Below, one piece after another: positions 38,301 to 48,083 of a stretch of DNA of 64,000 nucleotides. Made by a program: the position numbers and the translations under genes. The DNA comes from Leptogorgia sarmentosa (taxonomy: Eukaryota). Numbering within the stretch: position 1 is the first letter of the stretch; each line of letters begins with the position of its first letter. The notes under the pieces are model-generated. The model was not told where the DNA came from. It did no database searches and worked only from the letters and a program-made list of their open reading frames with translations. The stretch covers positions 7,006,001 through 7,070,000 of the forward strand of contig OZ210884.1 in the NCBI GenBank assembly GCA_964658305.1. The letters are read 5' to 3'.

Positions 38301-39728
38301 TGTTGGCTTTCCTGAAAGCCGTCACGCGTATAATTTGCTCCATAAATGGGATCGCGAGTAATTTGTCATTTGTAAGGTAAAATAGATGAGCGTGAGAATT
38401 TTCAGGCACACCAACAGATACAATACTAAATAAATTATGTGCTTATCACGCTACTTATACTCTAGTTATTATAAATCATTTTGATTTGCCTTGGATATCA
38501 GATTTCGTGATTGTTTTTGGGATGCCTAGAAATGCATGTGCGGCATACAGTTTGTCCCCCACTGTCCAGTTCCTTTCTAAAATCCAAGTCAGCTAGGACG
38601 GCTAAAAGTTCACTTACCTTCTCCTTTACGGGGGGAAGTTTTTACATTCCTCGATCTTTTTTTACAATATTTCATTTATATTTTGAATTTTAGATGGTTG
38701 ATGGACAGTCGGTTTCAGGGACTGTTGTTTGGGTTGCCAATGAAAGAGTAAAACAGTGTCATGACTGTAAAGTGAAATTCACACATTTTAATAGAAGGGT
38801 AAGTTCTAAGTAAATTAACATTTTCATTCATTTGTTCTTGAATTCACTAAAGGACTACTGTATATAAAGGAGCACTGTTACTGTATAAATATTCACCATG
38901 TGGCTGCCAGAAACGTCCTTAGAAAGCCCCATACTCGATCATGCATATGAGCTGGGTCCTTCACAGTTCATCTTTGCTCTCGGCTGCATGGCAAATTAGG
39001 ATTTCACACTCTCCGGCTTACTAACTGTCTAACTATACGGCACTTTCATAGCTACGTAAATCCAAACCATGAAAAAAAAAATAGTACCGCGACCATTGTG
39101 ACCTAACCCTTTTTCTTTTTTTCACCTTCGCTTTGTTTATCTTTCGTGTCAACCAATCAGCATCATTGCAGGTATTTATCTATAACATCAATATTTTAGT
39201 TGATAATTCACATATAACAAGATATGCATTTTCTGCTTTTTTTGAATTATTTCCACCAATTCACGTAACCTAATTAGCTAATTAGCATTTCTTTCAATTA
39301 ACCTCACGCTAACCAAAACTCCTCGTTTCACTTTTTTACTTCACTAGAGCTTGCGGTCAAATATTTTGTAATGAATGTTCATCTCATCGCGTCCGTTTGG
39401 AGAGACTCGGATATACAAACAAGGAGCGTGTTTGTGATCGTTGCTATATCAAACATCGCGACGGAGTGGATAAGCATGAAATCAAAGGATTAAAGGTATA
39501 AATGGATTCAGATAAAACTGAGTATTTTCCTTTGTCACTGGTTTGAAAGTCTTAACTCGATAACATTTTTTTTTGGTTAAATCTCCAAAAAAAGAAAGCA
39601 CTAGAGCCATTGGCTACATGGCATGTTGTGTCTTTAATCTTTTTCCAACTCTTACCATTGTTCATAGATCAAGTTCTTTTTCATTTGATTTTCAGAAAGC
39701 TGACTTCGGTTCATTTGAAGTGCTTTGA
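26396..39728 (+). CDS. Myotubularin-family phosphoinositide 3-phosphatase with intact catalytic motif: N-terminal C2, GRAM/PH, PTP, C-terminal FYVE
   Basis: C2: [20 protein letters not shown]...TVNPEWN (28691-28867) and [18 protein letters not shown] (~29700-29920). [13 protein letters not shown] (~30420-30448). Also [23 protein letters not shown] and the catalytic [11 protein letters not shown] (~36766-36800). [37 protein letters not shown]...RVCDRC. Stop 39726-39728. Start codon is uncertain. Confidence 0.9.
27380..27425. repeat. Short palindromic mini-element
   Basis: AACCTCGTACCCAGGG (27380-27395) is inverted as CCCTGGGTACGAAGTT (27410-27425) with one mismatch and a 14-nt spacer. Confidence 0.6.
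27879..28500. repeat. 21-bp minisatellite (GTGATTACAGAAAATTGCACT)n with a higher-order duplication, intronic
   Basis: Roughly 29 units. The variant block GAGTCTGTGATTACACAAGATTGCGCTGGG recurs at about 27963 and 28112. Confidence 0.95.
31645..33465 (-). mobile_element. Crypton-type tyrosine-recombinase DNA transposon in a myotubularin intron
   Basis: Contains the YR ORF. A ~140-bp hairpin lies at the left end (31660-31797). A 14-bp inverted pair TTTATTATATGGAC (31804-31817) / GTCCATATAATAAA (33452-33465) brackets the ORF. The left boundary is in an ATATAT run and no TSD is evident. Confidence 0.85.
31968..33320 (-). CDS. Crypton tyrosine recombinase (DUF3504 / ZMYM-QRICH1-KCTD1-related), intact, 450 aa
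   Basis: N-terminal SRFVNLS...NKNTAKKT and F...[13 protein letters not shown] are typical of the family. The catalytic set is present: R (HFGMRPGKE), K (QTKTR), HxxR (NHSTRK), H and Y ([13 protein letters not shown]). Confidence 0.9.
   Translation of the reverse strand: MASTSRFVNLSEEDVNTFCDEQENKNTAKKTTYDIGIFKEFLAIYNSTEDREIQDIPPEELQPIIKNFILSVRKQNGNEYEPSSVKAFVQSIDRYLRKKHYAFSVLNDRVFYDVQDTLKKKQKQLKSLGQGNRPNAADPLSDEDINHFYDRKVLGTNSPRALLNTVWLNNCIHFGMRPGKEQRDLRWGDLELKQDSEGTRFIEFCRERQTKTRTGENPRNLRSKKPQMYENKSNPDRCPINSYLAYRARRPAGMLADESPFYLAVNIEVPKSEEQQWYKCSPLGVNSLRNMLKRMVEDSGLETDKKLVNHSTRKHLVQKLVDNDIPPTEIMQITGHKNVASINNYSTLSDRKQQQISGLLSGASAVQTASNSVKSHSVSIDEQISTSTSFLPVSSTNMPTGSLFQSCQIGTVNVYPSGVPTKQQLPQLCSQKRKRRRIITLDSSDSSQSQ
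33480..33830. repeat. MITE-like remnant with 10-bp GATCGCCTAA-type repeats, abutting the Crypton end
   Basis: Two clusters of (G)ATCGCCTAA/GA units at about 33519-33585 and 33696-33797; imperfect inverted ends GCTGTTATGGAAAC / GTTTCTTACTATAGC. Confidence 0.5.
37559..37721. mobile_element. Short TIR MITE; related left end near 45227
   Basis: GCCCGTTAACACGAGCGATTT (37559-37579) versus AAATCGCTCGTGTAAACGGGC (37701-37721), 20/21 inverted match. GGCCCGTTCACAAGAGCAATTT near 45228 and a shared ACGAATGTTCAG suggest a second copy. Confidence 0.75.
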
Positions 39729-41459
39729 TACAATTGCAAGTTAATTAGTTACCAGCCTTCTCACACTACGCAATCGATTGGATACAACTATATGTATGAC
39801 GTTTCAGCACCAAGGCGAGTGTTTCAGGGAGTATTTGCACGAAAACGTTTTACAATGCAAATATTTGAGGAAACTAAGCTTAAAAAAAACTGTTTTTATA
39901 AGGGGAAAAGTCGACTACCTTTCGTATATTTTTTTACTCTATATTTTTCCATGAGGGCAAACCAGGTGCCGTGTTTGTACTTGTATTTGTATTTTTCCCG
40001 AATGTACTTGCTTCGAGCAGCAAATTTGTTTCTGGAAGAATTTTTACAAGGATGGACAAACAGGGAAACATTTACGAAAGTTCCGCAAGAATTATGTTTC
40101 CTAGTTTGCCCATAACTTAATTGGTAAATATTTACTGAATAAGTAAAAATAGTTTTCTGGTGCAAATGCGTTGGTGTGTTATTATAAAATTATATATTTA
40201 TTCCGCTCCTGTCGTTTAATGACCTTTAGAGTATAAAATATGGTCTAGCTAAGTATTTATAAAATGATTCTATGCCCGCAGGCGATCATTCATTCGGATT
40301 GAAAGGACAATAACATGCAGTATATGAAGATAATAAAGTACTGTAAAATCCAATCTCATTGTATCGTTTAGGTATTAACGTGGAGCTTTTGCTGCATTTT
40401 TATACTGTAATATCCCCTACACGTACCTCCCTATATATTCCAAACAAATATATAATTTTATACACTAACAACTCGACAGCATTTCCACCTCAAAGACAAA
40501 GTATATGACAGGGGTAAAAAAAGGAAAAAATGATTAGGAAATGAATTTGAAAATTATTTTGAATGTATACAAACATATTTATTAATATATTTTGAATTGT
40601 ATTTAATTTTTTAGTTGAGTTTATTTTTCTGTTTTTGTTAGATAATATTACGATACTTGCATGCAATTCAGGCATAACAAATATTGTTGATAGAAAAATA
40701 GTTATTCAAGAAAATAATCTTCAAAGTGTTTTTCGATCTTTATTTTATCTCAGCGCTATAGCCTGCCCTAGGTTGGCTCTATCCGTGCGCCAATCTTATG
40801 AGCTTATTGGTAAATAAATTTCAAACATATAAACGAAGTTATGTTTACTCTCAAAACAAAATGTGTTTGAAATAACCATTATATAAGGAAATTTAAAAGT
40901 AACAAAGTTATTGCAAAGAGTGCATATTCTTATCAAGTGCGTAATTGCTCAGTAATTTTATGGACTTTGTTTCATGAAGAAATCTTTGCTTCCACGATCA
41001 TGCAGTCATCGGTAATCAATTTATGTTTCGCTCACTAATTCATTTCTATCACATTCTATCCTTCCAACGATAACATTAGCTTCAAGCCTAAAGCCTATAA
41101 CCCTAACCGCAACTTACCTTATAACCGTTGTCTTATAGTTACCAAAACTTAACTGATAACCCATGCAGTCATCAGTTTAGAGCAGGATCAAAGTTTGAGC
41201 GATTACTTTACGAGGTATAAACAGACATTCGCTTTATTTGTTTAGAACAAACTACAGTTGGTGTGCCTGAAGACCAATTAAATAAATAGCGAAGTTTTAA
41301 TTTGAGCACGATATGATTATTTGCTTTGTGTCCCACTCATTTTTCACACATGACTAAATCCTTTGAAAGCATATATAAACAACTGTTGTTCCGATCACAC
41401 ACTATTAACACGCAACTTCTCTGATCCTGCTGGTGAGCGAGGTGGTTATCTTTCTCAAC

Positions 41460-44400
41460 ATGCCTTTGGAAGACAATCTTGACCAATTCTTCCTTATCGT
41501 CAATGGCTTTATTGTTTTGTGTAAGTAGTCGATAAAGTTTTTAGTTCTTTTTTACTGCATGACGTTTGTTAAAAAAGATATAATCATAGTCTAATTATGG
41601 CTAGGGCGGTTGCATTATCCATATCTGAATCTCTATGTCAATTTTTTGTGTGACCCGTTCAGGAATCTCACTAGTTATTAAGGCTTTTAAGGTTAATAAG
41701 TTCTTATTAAATAGCAGTTTTATGTGGCAATTGGTCGCATGCAAGAATATTACTTTAATTAGATTTAGGATCATCCAGTATGAGCATCTGACGGGGTTGA
41801 TAACAATAAAGCTTTCTGTTGAAGTGTTGTTTGCCAAGCTGTCATGAACCTGTGGGCAAATAGTGCAGATCAATCATCGGTTAAAGTTGATAGTTTTGAC
41901 GGCCATGTATTGGACATTAACGGGACGCTCTATCTGGTTTAACGGATTTGCATCTTGTATAAAATGAACTATATATATGCATGTCATGTGTGAATGTTTG
42001 TGCTTCAAATTGCCTCTCGTTTTATCATTTTTCACTACCGTTGGTGCACAGAAATTCTTAATTCCAGTATGGGAAGCCATTAGCAACCAGTTGCCAAAGG
42101 ATTTGAATCATCATGTCCGTTTCTAAACCGGCGTAACAATAAGAAGTCAATAAATATCTAGTACTTATTAATTACAAATTTTCAAGCCTCTTCGCTTGTA
42201 ATATATTGTGTTTATATACTTAAAAGAAATTAAAAATACTAGCTGGCCAGCTTGCCAAAAGATATCTTCACATTTCTTTTATCACAGGCTATAGAATCGA
42301 TGAAATTTCAAATATTTTTGTTCATTTGTAATACCAAAAGAGTTTCTCCTCTTTCTTTGCGATTTGTGATTTTATATATAGGGTTCTTACATGCATATGA
42401 ATAAATTATATCTATAAAGATATAAAGAAAAACACTGAACAAACTCTCTTTAGGATTGAAACATGCATATATATGATTCTTAATTCTCACTTTAATTTCA
42501 TAAAAGCCTGTAAGCACAACTTAAGTAAAGAATACCAGGCGAAGTACGTTAGTAAACAATATTTTTGGGTAACATTGTGTGGTCCGTAGAAGATTAGAGA
42601 TTCAATTAGGCGTATATTCTCATTGATTAAAAAACGCTATTTTCTTTTCGGGTTCCTTTGCCCAGACCAACAATGCATGTGTGTTTGTAAATAGGAAATG
42701 CATTCAAAGTAGATAGAGTTCATTCGGAACATGTACCACAGGTGCGTATAATATTTGAAAGGAATTCTGGTTCGTGGTTATCCGGGGAGTAAGGATGAAT
42801 CTTTGGTCTCACACGAAAGAATCTCATTCCGTGATTAATTATTTACTTTTTAATGCTTGCTGTCATTGTAATCCCATTTCGGCTCTTTGGAAGTAGGCTA
42901 AATGGGGGCAAAGTTCGAACTCACCGCGTGGGCATGCAAACGGATGATGTTTGAATCTTTGAGGAATAAAAGTCTTTGTCTCGATCTTCTTACATGGTGA
43001 TCAAGTGCTGCAATCGTAACAGGAAAAGATGGGCCCCCTAGGCATATTTGGTGCCTCGGGACATGATGAGATTAGTGATTAGTGTAGTGATTTAAGTTTT
43101 GTATTATAATTGTAATTTCTCCAATCGAATAATGCACCGACATATGTAAGTGCACTCTTTGTGATTTGGGGAAGAATAGACATTTTGGACCTTAGCTTTA
43201 TTCTAGCATTAACTGATGTGTTCGACCTCATTCAATAATTGTTTATTTTAATTGTACCTAAAATAGAATTCCTCCCCGAAATTCAGCCAACACTTGCAAT
43301 ATTATACCTAATTGTTCTACTCTACAGCCCACTTATCTTATACTTATAGTCATCATTGCACCAAATTTTTTTGGCAGACAATTAACGGTTGGTTCATAAT
43401 AATACATGTAAGCATACTAATGCCTGTTATTTCTCGTAGTCATGCAAGCTGGTTTTGCGTTCCTTGAAGCTGGTTCAGTGCGATCGAAGAACACAACCAA
43501 CATTTTGATCAAAAATACGTTGGATTTATGTAAGTTATCATTGGTAATAAAAATGATAAACTCAAGATAAATCAATGTCCACATTTGGTAATATTGCTGA
43601 AATTAAGACAAGTAGAGTGAGCGATGGAATATTGAATTGATTTGTTTACTTTAGTTTGTGGTGCGACTGTTTATTGGTTGGTGGGTTTCGCATTTGCCTT
43701 TGGTGGAGACGGAGATGACTTTAAAGGAAGAGGCGATGCTTTCATTGGACATGATAATTTTGCATTAGCCGACTTAAGTGAGACGAGATATGCAACTTGG
43801 TTCTTCCAGTTTGTATTTGCAGCAACCGCTGCCACCATCGTGAGTGGAGCAATAGCCGAGAGGGCTGAATTCATTGCTTACCTTATTTACTCCGCACTAA
43901 TAACAGGTAAGCCAGGGGGGGCTTTATAATAGACTAGTTTTACCAGTTCAACTCTGATACTAAACGCAGCACACATGCACGCTTTCATTGCTATGTCTTA
44001 ACATCAGTCGAAGGATACTGGAAATCTTCATCTTTAGGTATTTCAGGGGGCGTAGGAACCGTGGGGACCGGTGACGGGTGTTGCGGGCCTATAATGTTAT
44101 GCTTGGGGTGCCGGACCCCTTCCAACAAAATTGGAAGCCTACTTTTGAAGCCTACTATATAAAAGAATTAATAATAACTGAGAGAAATTATCATAACTGT
44201 TTTGCAAGTCGAAGAGTTGTGTTGTAGAAGCACAGACCCTTATTGTGGTGTGTTACAAGGCTCTATTTTGGGCCCATTGTTATTTCACGATTTTTATCAA
44301 CGATTTTCTGGATTGTTTTTCTCAAAATTTTACCTGGTTTTGTTCATTATTTTCGTCATCCTTTTAATTACTATTCAAGGATAAATTATTTGTTAACTTC

Positions 44401-47257
44401 TCGAGACCTCGACGAATGCTTATAGTATATGTTAAATTGACTGCCACGTCTTAATAATTGACCTTGTTATAGTTGACACATGCATGCATAAAACCTAGCC
44501 TAAATGTCTCTAGCTTGGTATGTTAATTTTTGTTTCAATAACGTCTTCTTTGATTTGAAAGTGCGCTTTAATTATTTAATAGCATTGAGGGGGTGCCTTT
44601 TAAAAACATTTGCAATACGTGTAGGATAAATGGGATGATTACCATGCCTCAAGTCTATAATGTAGTGAAATACGAAACATGTGCATGGGTTGTCGGTTCG
44701 AATCCTACGCTCGGCACACGTTGCTTTCGCTAAAAGACAAGGTGCTTATCACATATGGTCTAGGGGCCGATCTGCATCTCCCTAACTCTCAGAGTGTCCT
44801 GAATGTCAATTGTCAGCTAGATTTGGAGCTATTCAAGGATAAATTATTTGTTAACTTCTCGAGTTATCCTCGAATTGAATAGTAATTGAAGAAATGAATA
44901 AAAATTGATCTTCCGGACTGTCTTTCATATACATACGTTCAAATACACAGTGCTTTCCTTTAAATTTTATCTTGTCAATATTACAGGTTTTGTTTACCCT
45001 GTGGTTACCCACTGGGCGTGGTCAGAGTATGGTTGGCTTCAGACAGCATTAGAAGATGATGGGATTCCATATCAAGATTTTGCAGGAAGCGGAGTAGTTC
45101 ATATGGTTGGTGGGATGCTGGCTTTGACTGGAGCTATTGCTGTAGGACCTCGTATTGGAAGATTTGACGATGATGATAAAACGTTGCGTGGTCATACTGT
45201 TCCTGTATGTGCATTGTGCTTACAATAGGCCCGTTCACAAGAGCAATTTCGCCGCTGCGATTTTTAGAGTGATTTTTGCTCACATTGACGGATGTGAATG
45301 ACTAAACCAGTCACGAATGTTCAGATTGGGGAGCACGCACTCATAGGATAAATATAGCTTTCTCAAAACCCCAGTTAACGTTCTCAAATCCTTTTTATGA
45401 CTATAAATAAAATTGAGACCGTTCTCCGTAGGACTTCGTTTAAATAAAGATAGTATAAAAGTACTAATTTTCTGTTGTATTTTTTAGTTGGTATCTCTTG
45501 GTGGTTTCATCCTTTTCTTTGGTTTTCTGGCATTTAACGGTGGCTCTCAGGGTTCAATCTCTTCGGATGGTGATGCAGCTGTTGTCGCCTTAGCTATCGT
45601 CAACACTATCTTGTCAGGTACGTATGTCTGGTCAGCCTGCCACCTGCGCAGAAATGATATGGAAATTCCGTAATATTTTGCATTTTTTTTTCAAAACTTC
45701 TTCAAACAACCTCAGTAAAATACCTATATATACGACTCAATAAACGTTTTAATGCCAGCATGTATTCTCTTCAGGTGCCGGGGGTGCTATAATGGCAATG
45801 ATTATCAAGAGAATAGCGACCGGATTTTTCGATGGCCATTGGAGTTTACTCACAACAGTTAATGGAGGTCTAGCTGGAATGGTGGGTATTCGAAATTCAC
45901 ATAATTTTTTTTAGTTTTGTACATTTTTTGCTGTGCATTGTTTATTTTTGTCTTACCTCCAAACAAGCGACTAGACCCAGTCCTCTGTACTCGATTCTGT
46001 AGGTGAAGCCTCTTTTTCAAAGATAACTTTAAAACCAGTTTCTTTGATGTTTGCAAGTCATCACGCTTTGATAAGAATTATAGGAAACGTCAAGAGCCCA
46101 ACCTCTATATTGTGCTTACGATAATATATCCAGCGAATGTTAAAATAATTACATGTATTTATCAATTAATATAACTATTCTCCAAAAATATTAAGGTGGC
46201 TATTTGCGCTGGTTGCGACACAGTTTATCCCTGGGCTGGTTTTGTCATTGGCCTTGTTGCTGGTCTGGTGTTCATGATATGGACCTTCTTGATTGAGAAA
46301 TTGAAAATTGACGATCCTCTTGATGCAGTGGCAGGTATTGTAACTCTTAAATTAAATATTATTTTGTTGGTAGAGCTGTTTCTTGTAGTTATGACAATTT
46401 AAATATCGTTCGACATGTTTCAATTTTAGTTCATTATGGATCTGGTTTCTGGGGAGTGATTGCCGTTACCCTATTTAATAAAAATGGCGGTGTATTCTAT
46501 GAATGGGATGAATTAGCTTTCAAGAAACTTGGTTGGAACTTGCTTGGTGCTGTCGCCATCTCTGCTTGGTCGTTGTTCTGGGGGTTGCTGATATTCATGA
46601 CTCTCAAATGTTTCAAAATCTTGCGAGTGCCACGAGACATTGAAATTAAAGGTATAAGCATAAGGTTAAAAGCATAACACGCAGTTTTGAAATCCTATGC
46701 TCAGGGAATGAGATTGGAAGTTTATCTGAGGCTCACTTAAGGCCCTGTTACACCATGCAATTTTTCTTTCAACTTGCAACGCAATTCTACTGTTGAGAGA
46801 TGTGAATTTGCAAGTACGAGTTTTTATCAGATTTTCCTAATGAATTCTTTACAAATCGAACAGTCTTCACTAATGACTTTAGAGGTGTTAGATGAAATAT
46901 CTTCTGTAATCCAAAGTATGTTTAAAATCTTAATGTTATAGATCATTTATATTTTGAATGTCAGTCGGGAATATATGAATATTGCTGGTCATCTGAAGCA
47001 GTCGTTCTGTGGTCAAGCCCATCCACCGTTTGGGATAGTTCTATTCAAGTTCGATTCAACTTATTTCGAAGAAAAACTGATTTTTTTACCATTTTTAAAT
47101 TTCAGGCCTTGATGTTCCTAAGCACGGTGAACCTGCTTACCCATACAGCAGTTACGGCGATGGCTGGGGTGAATCGCCTCGAGTAAATGGCAACCACAAT
47201 GGTGTTGGTCTAGCCAATCGTGGAGCAAGTTATGACGTCACTGTAACAACACAGTGA
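41460..47257 (+). CDS. amt: Ammonium transporter (Amt/Mep family), multi-exon
   Basis: Spliced motifs FMQAGFAFLEAGSVRSKN, WFFQFVFAATAATIVSGAIAER, YPVVTHWAW, DFAGSGVVHMVGG, FFGFLAFNGGS, NGGLAGMVAIC, IDDPLDAVAVH and GLDVPKHGEPAY; both pore histidines are present. ATG 41460, TGA 47255-47257. Confidence 0.95.
44243..44290 (+). mobile_element. Tiny non-LTR retrotransposon RT remnant
   Basis: Translates CGVLQGSILGPLLF, matching the GVPQGS(I/V)LGPLLF motif of non-LTR RTs; flanking sequence is not recognisably coding. Confidence 0.55.
44670..44800 (+). mobile_element. Possible tRNA-derived SINE remnant
   Basis: Pol III B-box GGTTCGAATCC at 44695-44705 with no complete cloverleaf. Confidence 0.35.
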
Positions 47258-48083
47258 ATTACGAATTGTAGTTGTGGTTATATTTAATACAATGATAGCA
47301 ATAGGAATTTCAATTAATACAAACAAGTAGGTTACATGTAACAGTGTCGAGTAGAACGTATTATTTTGCTAGTGATTGATCAAACCAGAACTGGGTAAAT
47401 AGATGTAGTTAGTGTAATAATTATTATTAATTATGCGGTACAGTCATACGGGTCAGTTGTGAAGTTAGTCACATGCAGCCAAACGCAGCATGTTCGATCA
47501 ACTTTCAATAATGAGTATGCAACTTTAATTTGTATTTAGATAAGTAATAAATTTTAGTTTCATTTAATAAACTTAATTGTTTCCTTATACGCAAGTTGTT
47601 TGTTAGAAAATACCTGCATAAACATCATACTTTTCATGTTACCATAAAAGTACAGACCAACCAGGCTGTAAACATGTAACCATCGTCTTTTACAAATGCT
47701 ACATTCTGATTGGCTATTCAGCCGTTGTCTATTTAACAATTAGTCGCCTCAGGCTCGGTGATTACAAGCCTATATTCACTTCGCCGCGAAATTGTTTTAG
47801 TATAAATTTCCAGGTCAAACTGATTTGATTCAAACTGTCTGTTTAGCAGAATTCAAGTTCTTACTTTGTTTATAGTTTGTTTACATAAAATAATTCACGC
47901 TCATATCACCACTTTGCTAGTAAAAAAAGCCAGTTTTGTTGCATAAAAATAAACACTAAATAAAATATTTTACTTTGAAAGATTTTTATAAACCATCGAT
48001 ATTTCTACATTTATATACATTCATATATATGTTTAGATACAGAATATTTATATTCACCATTCAACTCATTTCACTCCACGATC

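Noticed and set aside
44695..44705. tRNA gene (also at 55391-55425)
   Set aside because: Only a B-box/T-arm is present; no acceptor, D and anticodon arms forming a cloverleaf.
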